Assembly (NCBI GenBank): GCA_040767085.1
Contig: JAXGPF010000003.1
Coordinates: 1 to 64,000, forward strand
Reading direction: 5' to 3'
Origin: Kiritimatiellia bacterium
Lineage (GTDB): Bacteria > Verrucomicrobiota > Kiritimatiellia > JAAZAB01
Length of the DNA: 64,000 bases
Part shown: positions 34,968 to 44,361 of the stretch, one piece after another
Position numbering within the stretch: the stretch's first letter is position 1
How the letters are laid out: each line of letters starts with the position of its first letter
The notes under the pieces: generated by a model
Told to the model about the DNA's origin: nothing
What the model saw: only the letters and a program-made list of their open reading frames with translations
The model's database searches: none
Program-made: the position numbers and the translations under genes

Positions 34968-37546
34968 AAACGCGATGGCTGTTCATCTGGTCACTGCCGG
35001 CGGCCGCCTTGCTCTACGCCTGGCTGAGCTGGCCGCTGCCCCTGCACTTCACCCGCGGCATTCCCGCCGCCGCCCATCCCGCGCCTTCCAGCGTCCAGCC
35101 CACGATTCCGGGCGACCACCTGCAACTGCTTTACCACTTCTGGCTGGCCGGCGACATGCTGGCCGGCGGCACCAGGCCCTTTTATAACCTGTATGAATTC
35201 AATACCGGCGACGACCGCGCACGGTTCATGCCGGGATCCTATTACGTCCCGTTTTCCCTGCTGTACGCCGCCGGCGCCGCGCTGGCCGGCCCGGCCGGCG
35301 GATGGAACCTGGCGTCTTTGATCTCTATCTGGCTGACCCTGCTCTTCACCTGGCTGCTGGCCCGCCGCTTTACCCGCCATTGGTGGATCGCCGGCCTGGC
35401 CGCCCTGGCGGGGCTGTGCCTGCCATTCCGCTGGATCAACCTGTTCGGCGGCAGCCCGGCCGGGTTCGCCATGGCTTGGCCGCCGGCGATCTGGCTGGGG
35501 GTGGACCTGGCCGTACGCCAGCGCCGCGCCGCCGGCGGGCTCCTGGCCGGTTTGGGCGTCCTGCTGGCCTGCTGGTGCGATACACACGTGTTTTTTTTCA
35601 GTGTCCTGGCCATCCCCGCCTGGTGCTTGATCGCCCTCCTGCTGGATGAAACTTTTAACTGGCGCCAGCCGCGGCCATACCTGCGGATCGTCGCGGCCTT
35701 GCTGCCTCTGGCGGCGCTGGCCGGCGCGGCCCTGGCCTTTCCGGCACTGCTGCAATGGATCACAATCCGCGTCACCGGCGCACTGCCGGAAGCCGCAGCC
35801 ATCACCGAGCGCACCTTTCCTGAAATCAAACTGTATTCGCCGCCGCTGCGCGGCCTGTTCGACTGGCAGGCGGCCGGCCTGGCGGAGCATATCTTCATCG
35901 GCCTGGCCCTGCCCGGCCTGCTGGGCCTGGGCGGACTGGCCTGGTGCCTCCGGCCGCGCCAGGCTTGGCGGACCGACTGGCGCCGGCCGGCGGCCTGGCT
36001 GCTGTTATGCGGCATGATCGCCCTGATCTGCCTGCTGGCCGCGGGAGTTTACGGACCCGGCGACGGCGCGGCGCTGCAATTTTTCCGCACTCTCATTCCG
36101 CCTTATCGGATGATCCGCCAGCCGGCCAAAATTTTCACGCTGATGCCGAGCCTCCTGGCCGCGGCGGCCGCCCTGGCGGGCAGCGCCCTGGCCTGCCCCG
36201 CCGGACGGGCGCGCCGCTGGGGTATGGCGCTCTTCGTGCTGCTGCTGGCGGCGGCAGGCTGGGAATACGGCCGGCGCATCAACCTGACCATCTCTCTGCT
36301 TGCTCCGCGCCAGGCCGCTTATGCCGCGGTGGCGGAGGACGCCGCCGGCCGGGGACGGACGCCGCGGGCGCTGGTCCTGCCGCTTTGGCCGGGCGATTCC
36401 CACTACACCTCGATTTACCAGTTTTATGCCGCCAACTACCATGTTCGCATGGTCAACGGGTACCGCCCGTTCGTCCGCCGGCACTACCTGACCAATGTCT
36501 TCGAGCGGCTGGTGAGCGCCAACCAGGGTTGGATCGCGGACGATCAACTGGCGCACCTGGCCGGCATGAACGTTGACTACATCATCCTGCACGAAGACTT
36601 GTTCCCCGAAAAAGTCAGCCCTTTCCCCGTGGGATTCACTGTTAAAAACCTTCTGAATCATCCGCGGCTGCGGCTTTTGCGCCAGGATCAAGCGGTCAGG
36701 GCCTTCGCCATCCGCCCGCCGGCGGAGGCCGAGGCTGCCGCGGGCGCTGCGCTCCGGCCGGACTGGAATGTCTTCGGCAGCGCGCGGCGCTGGGAAGCGG
36801 AAAAAATCCGCTCCGTCAATACCCGCCAAGTGCAGGCTGAGTCCGCCAGCGGGGGGAGATGCCTGGCGCTGGAGACGGAAACCGCGCGGGTACAAACCCC
36901 GCCCATCTGGACCTGGGGCGCGCCGGACCTCCGCTGGCTGGTGCGCGTGCGCGGCGGCGGCCTGCTGCAGGCTGAAGCGATGGTCCACGAGACCGCCCTG
37001 CCGCTGGACGACCTGGCGATTGATTCCTCCGACTGGCGCTGGCAGGCCGTACCGGCGGAAGTGGCCAACGGGTACGCGCCATTAAGCCTGAAACTCGAGT
37101 GGCAGGGCGGCGCGGCGGAAATTGACATGGTCCTGCTGACCGCCGGCCATTGGAATACCGAGCCCGGCGCGGGCGACACGATCGGCATTCCAGCGCCTTG
37201 TTTCTTCCATGCCGGCTACATTGACCCGCAGGCCGGCAGCGTGGTGCTGCGCCGGGAGCTTGATCCGCAAGCCTTGATTTTTTACGGACCGAAACTGCCC
37301 CTGGCGCCCGGCCGGTACCGCGTAGACATGCACTACCGTTCCCCGGCTGCGCCCGGGACGCCGGCGGGACAGTTTAACATCCGGCAACGCGCTGCCGATC
37401 CGATCCGCTGGACGCCGGTGTTCGCCGGCTACCCTGCCTCCGCCGAATTCGATTTGCCGGATAACCTTCCGTTTCACCTCGAATTGCTGTTCACCGGCCG
37501 GTCGGACCTGGAAATCAGCGGCGTGGATTTTACCCGGCTGAAGTAA
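34964..37546 (+). CDS. large polytopic membrane protein, YfhO/GT-C-like
   Basis: GDHLQLLYHFW loop, more than 10 TM segments, R.PAK, MVNGY, C-terminal beta-sandwich domains. Confidence 0.6.
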   Translation: MKTRWLFIWSLPAAALLYAWLSWPLPLHFTRGIPAAAHPAPSSVQPTIPGDHLQLLYHFWLAGDMLAGGTRPFYNLYEFNTGDDRARFMPGSYYVPFSLLYAAGAALAGPAGGWNLASLISIWLTLLFTWLLARRFTRHWWIAGLAALAGLCLPFRWINLFGGSPAGFAMAWPPAIWLGVDLAVRQRRAAGGLLAGLGVLLACWCDTHVFFFSVLAIPAWCLIALLLDETFNWRQPRPYLRIVAALLPLAALAGAALAFPALLQWITIRVTGALPEAAAITERTFPEIKLYSPPLRGLFDWQAAGLAEHIFIGLALPGLLGLGGLAWCLRPRQAWRTDWRRPAAWLLLCGMIALICLLAAGVYGPGDGAALQFFRTLIPPYRMIRQPAKIFTLMPSLLAAAAALAGSALACPAGRARRWGMALFVLLLAAAGWEYGRRINLTISLLAPRQAAYAAVAEDAAGRGRTPRALVLPLWPGDSHYTSIYQFYAANYHVRMVNGYRPFVRRHYLTNVFERLVSANQGWIADDQLAHLAGMNVDYIILHEDLFPEKVSPFPVGFTVKNLLNHPRLRLLRQDQAVRAFAIRPPAEAEAAAGAALRPDWNVFGSARRWEAEKIRSVNTRQVQAESASGGRCLALETETARVQTPPIWTWGAPDLRWLVRVRGGGLLQAEAMVHETALPLDDLAIDSSDWRWQAVPAEVANGYAPLSLKLEWQGGAAEIDMVLLTAGHWNTEPGAGDTIGIPAPCFFHAGYIDPQAGSVVLRRELDPQALIFYGPKLPLAPGRYRVDMHYRSPAAPGTPAGQFNIRQRAADPIRWTPVFAGYPASAEFDLPDNLPFHLELLFTGRSDLEISGVDFTRLK

Positions 37547-37560
37547 ACGGGCGGCATGGA

Positions 37561-39609
37561 TTACCGGGCGCCGCGCGGCCGGCGCACACCTAAATCCAGC
37601 AGTTCAACGATGAAGCGCGCCTGGAATGGCCCAAACGCGGCGGCGCCGCGCAACCGGATGGCCAGCATTCCCCGCCGGCGTATCAAGTCATTCCGCCCGA
37701 ACGGCATCACCCGTCCATCATCGGCGATGTAGGCGATGCGGCCGGACCAGGTCTTCCGGCCGGCGGCCAATTCGATGGTCATATCATCGGCGCGGGCGGT
37801 GGAAACATTCAATAACGCCAATACCGACGGACCGGCCGGCGCCCCGCGCCATAGCACCGGACATACATCCGGCAGGCCGCGCGCCGCCGCCGGCAGCGCG
37901 CCGCCGTACAGCCATTGAAAGATTCCCTGGAATTGCGTCTGCCGGACTTCATTCAACCAGAACCCGTTCTCGCCCAGCGGGGCGGCGCTGACCACGCAAC
38001 GCCGGCCCTGGCGTTCCAAGGCCAGCATGCCGCAAGCGCCGGGCCGGCCGGCCAGGGTTATGAAACGCGTCAGCGGCCGGCGGCCCGACCCGGCGGCGGC
38101 CGCGATGCGCGCGACCGTGCCGGCCCGGCGCGGAACCAAACCGCCGGCGGCCGCGGCGTTGCAGCGGTCCGCGAGCATCATCTCCAACATGCAATCCGTC
38201 GACTCCACCTGCCCGCGGATGCGCCATCCCGCCAATTGCGGCAGATTCAACTTCAGCGCCTGTTCCAAAGCCTGGGAGTCCATGAAAACATTTTGATGCT
38301 CGAATATGCCCGCAGCCTGTTCCCGCGACATGGGGAAACTGTCCCGGGTCAACACCGCCACGGGGCTGGCATCGAAGGTCCAGGGAATGCCCAGGCGCCA
38401 GAGAATCTGCGGAGCCGGTCCGATGTACATTTTCACGTCCTGGGCGCGCTGCCGGCGCAGTTGCGCCGCCTTGGGACTGTAAATAACCTGCACGCCCTGC
38501 ATCCTGGCATCATCGGGCATAAAGCCCAGGATGCGATTGAACACCCGGTTGTTGCGCGCCAGGATGGCGGCGAACGGGTGGTCCGCCGCGACCCGGTGGG
38601 TTGAGCCAAACGGCCAGATATTAATTTTTTTCAAGCCGCAGGCCAGGTTGGCCTTGATCTGAAAATCGAAACCGAATGCCGCCGACTTGTTGAAAGTGGA
38701 ATGCGGGTAAAAATCCACTTCCGCCTGCAGTTCCGTGCCGGGCGGGACCTGGCCGCATTGGTAGACCGTCTCCGTCAGACCCTTCAAAAGCATCAGCCGG
38801 TCGGTGTCGGCATAACATCCCTGCCCGGGGCGCACCACGGGCTGCAACCCGCCGGCAAACGCCTCGACCAATTCGCGGAAGTCGCGGCCTTCCAGCGCGG
38901 AAATTTCCGTGCAGGTCAACATCAAGCCCAACCTGATCCGGGGATTGACGGCATGCACGGCCGCGCGCAGGTCCCGCGCCAGCTCCACCAGCAAAACACG
39001 CTTGAATTCCATCCAGTCGTTTTTGACCCGATGCGTTTCCGGCCGCTCCAGGATGGCCGCCAATTGCTGGCGATCAAGCTTATGGCCGAACCGGCGCCGG
39101 AATTCCCGCAAATGCAGCGGACAGAAACAAGTCGGCCCCATGCCGGAAATATATTCATAGCGGAAATCATCATCCGTCAACATGACAGCCGGGCCGGTGC
39201 CGGCCAGGGCGGCATAATAAGCCTTGATGTATTCAAGGTAAACGGCATCCAGGGGACAGGGATGGAGGACCGCCGCCTTGCCGGACATATCCACCCGCGG
39301 CTGCTGGAACCCGATGTAATCCCGGCCGGTGTAGGAAGTGGCCATAAACGTGCGCACCACGCAATAACCCGGCTGGATGCCGGCCTTGCGCAGACCGTTA
39401 ACAATCGGCGTCAGTACACGGCAACGCGCGGGCAGCTCCCTGCGCGGCAGGAATACGGAAACGTCCCGGCGCAAATTCACCGGCACCAGTTGCACCTCGC
39501 GGATGCCCGCCGTCCGGCAGAATCCGATCATCGCCCGCAATTTGGCCGCGGTGTCGAAATGTTCGAATCCGATCCGCAGCGCATACTCGATTTGTTTTTG
39601 TTTACGCAT
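37561..39609 (-). CDS. hypothetical glycoside-hydrolase-like protein
   Basis: CPLD..Y, TDDDFRY, CFCPLHLREF, VRPGQG.Y, AEVD..P motifs, similar to uncharacterised TIM-barrel hydrolases. Confidence 0.55.
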   Translation of the reverse strand: MRKQKQIEYALRIGFEHFDTAAKLRAMIGFCRTAGIREVQLVPVNLRRDVSVFLPRRELPARCRVLTPIVNGLRKAGIQPGYCVVRTFMATSYTGRDYIGFQQPRVDMSGKAAVLHPCPLDAVYLEYIKAYYAALAGTGPAVMLTDDDFRYEYISGMGPTCFCPLHLREFRRRFGHKLDRQQLAAILERPETHRVKNDWMEFKRVLLVELARDLRAAVHAVNPRIRLGLMLTCTEISALEGRDFRELVEAFAGGLQPVVRPGQGCYADTDRLMLLKGLTETVYQCGQVPPGTELQAEVDFYPHSTFNKSAAFGFDFQIKANLACGLKKINIWPFGSTHRVAADHPFAAILARNNRVFNRILGFMPDDARMQGVQVIYSPKAAQLRRQRAQDVKMYIGPAPQILWRLGIPWTFDASPVAVLTRDSFPMSREQAAGIFEHQNVFMDSQALEQALKLNLPQLAGWRIRGQVESTDCMLEMMLADRCNAAAAGGLVPRRAGTVARIAAAAGSGRRPLTRFITLAGRPGACGMLALERQGRRCVVSAAPLGENGFWLNEVRQTQFQGIFQWLYGGALPAAARGLPDVCPVLWRGAPAGPSVLALLNVSTARADDMTIELAAGRKTWSGRIAYIADDGRVMPFGRNDLIRRRGMLAIRLRGAAAFGPFQARFIVELLDLGVRRPRGAR

Positions 39610-39620
39610 GATTTGCCTTT

Positions 39621-42600
39621 TCAGCGCCCGGCCGGTTGACCGGCCAGCCATTTATCCCAGAGCGGTTTGCGATACTGACGGATGGTATCGGCATCCCAGC
39701 CGATGGGAATTTCCACTTTATACCCGGTAATCCGGCAGAGCGCCTCGTTGGCGGCGTATCCGACGCCATGATGGGCGTCGGCCATCGCTGCTATCAAAGC
39801 CGGCACGGCGGCTTGGGCCTTCAAGGCGCCGAGCGCCGCGGCGGCGGACGCCCGCACCTTCGGATCGGAATCCTTGAGCGCCGCGATCAAAGGGTCAATC
39901 GCCGCCGGCTGGCCGATCCGGCCCAGGGCCGTGGCGGAATTTTCTCTGACCAGCGCAGCCTCATCCCGCAGGGCAGCCAGCAGTAAATCCGCGCTGCCGC
40001 TATTGGCGATCCTGGCGCAGGCGCCGGCCGCCGCGGCGCGCACGTCCGGATTTTCATCCTGCATTGCCTGCCGCAAGGCGGTTGCGACTTCGGACCCTTT
40101 GAATCCGCCCAAAGCCTGCGCCGCGCGCGCGCGGACATAGGCATCCCGATCGCTGACAAGCCTGGCCAATGCCGGCAGGGCAGCCTGGCCGCCCGCCGGC
40201 GGAACCAGCGCCGCGGCGGCATTGCCCCGCGTGCGCGGATTATCCGAAGCGAGCGCCGCCGCCAGCGCCTCGAAGGCGGGTGCGCCTATCCCGCGCAAGG
40301 CATCCACGGCCATGGCTTGCACCGATTCCTCCGGCGCGGCCAGCGCTGAAACCAGGGATGGAATGGCCGGGGCGCCGATGTCCGCCAAAGCCGCCGCCGC
40401 CTGCCGGCGCACCCGCCAGTCCGGATCGCGCAATGCCCGCATCAGCGTCGCTACCGACTCCCCGGCCTTGATCCTCCCCAGCGCCGCGGCGGCCGACGCG
40501 CGAACTTGCGGCTCCGGGTCATCCTGCAACGCTTTGGCCAAAGCTGGCACGGCCGCGGCCGAGCCCGCCGCGCCGAGATTGATGGCCGCCCGCATGCGCA
40601 ATTGCACCGGCTCAGCCGCCAGCATCCCGGCCAGCATTTTAACTGCACCGGCGCCATGAGCTGAACGGCCGATGGCACCCAGCGCCGCGCAGGCCGACGC
40701 GCTGACTCCGGGCCGGCCGTCCGGCAGGAGTTTGCCCAACCCGGACATTGCCGCCGCGCTGCCGGCATTACCCAGCGCCCAGGCGGCCAGGCGGCAAACC
40801 TGCGTCTGCGGCGCCGACAGGTCGGCCAGCAGCCCGGCGGCAGGGGCCGGATTGCCCGCCGGAGCGCCGCCGGCCGCGCTGGCGGAGCCCAGCGCAATTG
40901 CCGCGGCAGCCCTTGGATTCTGCTGCAATTCCTGCAGCAGGTACGGCCGCTCCAGTTCTTCCAGCGCCATCGCCGCGGCATGCTCCGTGCCCCACACCGG
41001 CCGGCCTTCCAGCGCCATGCCGGATTGCGGCATGACCGTCATGGCGAAATCGCGGTCAACTTTGATGGTTTTGCCGTCGGAGATGCCGACATGGCCGGCC
41101 ACCGGGCCGGATTTGTTGAAACTAACCTTGTATTCATATTCTCCGGATCGGAAAGTGACGGTCAGCCGGTCATCGGTTTCTTCCAATTCACCGGCGGCCA
41201 TGGCGGCGGCTTCCATTTCCGCCGTTTCCAGCAAGTGCAGGAAACAATCCGTTTCGCGCTGATCGCCCGGCCGGACTTCGATCCGCCAGCGGCCCTGGAA
41301 TTCCGGCACATCATCGGCAGATTTCATCATCAAGTCCTTGAGATAAGGCGAGTTTACCGGCATGCCCCAATTGCGCCCGGAAGCCCAGAATTCCCGCCCC
41401 GGGCCGCCGATTTTCTCCAAAACCGCGTCGGAGGGATACAGGGTCCGGCAGAATATCCGGCCCTGGTCCTGCGCGGCGGAAAACGCCCGGCCTTTGATGA
41501 CCGGTTCGTTGGCGGTATGCAGGAGCCAGGTTTTGACAAAATCCTTTCTGGCGGCAGTGACCCGGTCGAACACCACGATATGCTGCGGCGGCAGGAACAC
41601 AAACTGCCGGATATTCTGCCGGCATTCGTTGGTGTTGTAGGTCGGGGTTAAATCCGCCGCCGCATAGGCATACTCCGGGCGCGATTCGAACGCCAGCACC
41701 CGGGCGAATTCGCGGCCGAGATCCTGCCCGCCGGTATGGTCGAGCATTTCGCCTTCCCACTTCACCTGTCGCGCCGGGTTGCGGACTAAGACGCAGTTAT
41801 GCGCAATGGTCTGCGCGAAATAAAACGTCGCGCCATCCGGCACCTTGGCATAAGAATGCGCGCGGCTGCCGGTGTCCAGCGCGAGAAAACCATTGCGATA
41901 GATGGAAAAATGCCCCGCATCGTGATGCCCCCCGAAATATTGCCCCCCGCCGGTGGAGAGCAATATGTAAGTATCGTTCGAGCCGAACCCGGACGACATC
42001 AGCACCTTGCCGCGCCCTTCGAAATTACGCGCCAGGGGCATACCGGCAGGAATGCCGGCCGGCGGAGCCGCCTCCGTATCCAGCAGAAACTGCAACACGG
42101 GGAATTGACCGGGAGCCGGCCGGTATTCCGCGCCCAGCCGGTCGCGCAGGTAACGCGCAAGCCCGGCCTCCTGCGGATGCGTTTTGCCGAAGAAATGGAT
42201 GAATTGCCCCAGGTGATCGAACAACAAATCGGCGCGGATGGTGCCGCCGCGCTTGTGCCAGTCCTTGCTGAATCCGAACTGCTTGAATCCAGCCGGCGTA
42301 ATGCCCAGGATATTGCGCAGGACATGATGCGGGGTGATCCCCAGATAGGCCCAGGCGGCGGGAATCTGCTCGTCCCAGGCGGACTGCATGCATTGCATAT
42401 AAATCCAGACCGGCGTCGGCGTCTCGGCATATTCGTAACCCAGGCGTCCCACGGCAAACGCCCCCGACCCGCCGTCATCCATGGCGAACTCCGGCTGCTT
42501 GTTCCATAATTCCCAGTTATGGGCGAAGCCCTGCCCCAGCGCGGCCACGGTTTGGGCCAGCTCGATGTCGCTTAAATCCCCGTCCAGCGTTGAGAGTCCG

Positions 42601-44228
42601 GCATAGAAAAACATGTTGCGCAGGTAATAATATCCGACTTTGTGCAGATGGCCGCGGAGTTTTTCGCCGGTGTAAATCCCGGCGGTGTAGCGGAGAAAAT
42701 CGCGGGTCAAGCCCTGGCGTTCCGCGGGCGTCAGATCGTTCCAGACCCAGTCCAGGGCGGCGGCAAATGCAATGCGGCTGTAAGCGCGGTTGTCGCCCCT
42801 GCCGCGCATCCATTCATCCAGGGTGGCGCGCAGCATTTTGCGCGTTTTATCGAAAACGAGTTCATCGCCCGTCACCCGGCCGATGAAGGCCGCCTGCATG
42901 GCGTGCATGCCCCAATCCGCCGTGGTAATGTCGGAGAGCGCCACGGCATGAATGTCCTGCCGCATTTTATCGAACGTTTCCTTTTGACGGCCCAGCGCGC
43001 GCGCCTTGACTGCCGGCCAGGTGTCGGCATTGAAAAACAACCGGGGATGCTCGGCGCGCACCAGCGGGAGCAACCGGATGCCGGCGGCATGCGCCCGGGC
43101 TTCCAGCATGATCAGTTCCGGCACGCCGTTGGTGGCGTCCAGCTTGCCGTATGCCGCGAGCGCCGCCGCGTAATCCCGCTCCTGCAGGAACGATTGGGCC
43201 CGGGCAAACTGCGCCGCCGCCCGCTGGGCCGCATCGCCGGACAGGGCGTCGGCCCGATCGAAATATTCGCGCGCCGGCGCGTAATCATTTTCGCGTAAAA
43301 ACGTCTGCCCCATACCGATGGCCGCGCGCGCGCGCTGGGCGTCCGGCGCCCGGGATTCCAGCACGAAAGTATAATCGGCGCGCGCCGAGCCGAAATCATT
43401 CCACGCCAGATCGTTTAACTTGGCATCAGCCAGATCCAGCAATGCCAGGGCGCGTTCGTAATCGCTTTGCGCCAAGGGCAGGGCCGCCTGCAAGACGGCG
43501 CGGATTTCCGCGAAATCAATGGCATTCCCGGCCAGCAGCCGGGACCGGCCCCGCGACGCTTGCAGCACTTTTTCAGCCTGCGCATAGACCGACCGGAAAT
43601 TACCGGGCGCCGCCGCGGAGGCTTGCAGGGCCGCCTGCACTTCCCGTTCGCCCCCGGCGGCAATGGAAAACCCGCCGCCGCCGGCAATGACCGCCACGGC
43701 CAGCACGTGTTCGCCCGCCGGCAGGTCCATGGCAAAAACGTGGTTGGTGATGAAGATCGGCGACTTTTTATTGCCTTCCGGAATGGTGTTGAAAACCGGC
43801 CGGCCATCCACCCACCAATGCATCCACCAATTGGCGCCCGTGTAAATTTTATATTCGCCGGACTGGCCGATCTTTACCGGCGCCATCAGATACACGGTTG
43901 TGCCGCGTTTTGCGCCCGCGAATATTTCAGCCAGATCAATCACTGCGCCGGCGGACAGTTTTACGGAGCGCTGCCGGTAATCAACGCCGGCGATCCTGAG
44001 TTGCTCCGGCACTTTTGCAAGCTGCCGGCCGTCGGGCAGATTGTCAGTGGATGGCAGCCCGCCGGGCGACCGCATGCCCCCGGCTGGCGGCACGGGGCCG
44101 AACGCAGCCCACTCGACCGGCCAATCCAGTTCCCCGGCGCTGGCGCCGCAAGACATCGCCAGCAATCCGGCGCAGATTAACCACCAGGGACGATAGACGG
44201 CCGGCATGCTGTTTTTCATGAATTTCAT
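39621..44228 (-). CDS. secreted multidomain protein: beta-sandwich + TPR + heparinase II/III-like lyase + HEAT repeats
   Basis: Signal peptide; HPRLFF, GGHHDAGHFSIYR.G.LALDTG, QTIAHNCVLV, RQFVF..VVFDRV..KTWLLH; about 12 PBS/HEAT repeats (LxD.D..VRA.AA.ALG). Start may be 44273. Confidence 0.8.
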   Translation of the reverse strand: MKFMKNSMPAVYRPWWLICAGLLAMSCGASAGELDWPVEWAAFGPVPPAGGMRSPGGLPSTDNLPDGRQLAKVPEQLRIAGVDYRQRSVKLSAGAVIDLAEIFAGAKRGTTVYLMAPVKIGQSGEYKIYTGANWWMHWWVDGRPVFNTIPEGNKKSPIFITNHVFAMDLPAGEHVLAVAVIAGGGGFSIAAGGEREVQAALQASAAAPGNFRSVYAQAEKVLQASRGRSRLLAGNAIDFAEIRAVLQAALPLAQSDYERALALLDLADAKLNDLAWNDFGSARADYTFVLESRAPDAQRARAAIGMGQTFLRENDYAPAREYFDRADALSGDAAQRAAAQFARAQSFLQERDYAAALAAYGKLDATNGVPELIMLEARAHAAGIRLLPLVRAEHPRLFFNADTWPAVKARALGRQKETFDKMRQDIHAVALSDITTADWGMHAMQAAFIGRVTGDELVFDKTRKMLRATLDEWMRGRGDNRAYSRIAFAAALDWVWNDLTPAERQGLTRDFLRYTAGIYTGEKLRGHLHKVGYYYLRNMFFYAGLSTLDGDLSDIELAQTVAALGQGFAHNWELWNKQPEFAMDDGGSGAFAVGRLGYEYAETPTPVWIYMQCMQSAWDEQIPAAWAYLGITPHHVLRNILGITPAGFKQFGFSKDWHKRGGTIRADLLFDHLGQFIHFFGKTHPQEAGLARYLRDRLGAEYRPAPGQFPVLQFLLDTEAAPPAGIPAGMPLARNFEGRGKVLMSSGFGSNDTYILLSTGGGQYFGGHHDAGHFSIYRNGFLALDTGSRAHSYAKVPDGATFYFAQTIAHNCVLVRNPARQVKWEGEMLDHTGGQDLGREFARVLAFESRPEYAYAAADLTPTYNTNECRQNIRQFVFLPPQHIVVFDRVTAARKDFVKTWLLHTANEPVIKGRAFSAAQDQGRIFCRTLYPSDAVLEKIGGPGREFWASGRNWGMPVNSPYLKDLMMKSADDVPEFQGRWRIEVRPGDQRETDCFLHLLETAEMEAAAMAAGELEETDDRLTVTFRSGEYEYKVSFNKSGPVAGHVGISDGKTIKVDRDFAMTVMPQSGMALEGRPVWGTEHAAAMALEELERPYLLQELQQNPRAAAAIALGSASAAGGAPAGNPAPAAGLLADLSAPQTQVCRLAAWALGNAGSAAAMSGLGKLLPDGRPGVSASACAALGAIGRSAHGAGAVKMLAGMLAAEPVQLRMRAAINLGAAGSAAAVPALAKALQDDPEPQVRASAAAALGRIKAGESVATLMRALRDPDWRVRRQAAAALADIGAPAIPSLVSALAAPEESVQAMAVDALRGIGAPAFEALAAALASDNPRTRGNAAAALVPPAGGQAALPALARLVSDRDAYVRARAAQALGGFKGSEVATALRQAMQDENPDVRAAAAGACARIANSGSADLLLAALRDEAALVRENSATALGRIGQPAAIDPLIAALKDSDPKVRASAAAALGALKAQAAVPALIAAMADAHHGVGYAANEALCRITGYKVEIPIGWDADTIRQYRKPLWDKWLAGQPAGR

Positions 44229-44361
44229 TCTGATTCTCCCCGCATCCCGTTTGGTTGCGCTTTTGTATGCCATGACACTGCCTGCAAATGTTTATCATCG
44301 TCCGGGCGGCCAGGCCAGACCATTCAACCAGCGCGGATTTGCCGGCCGGCATTAATGGATC

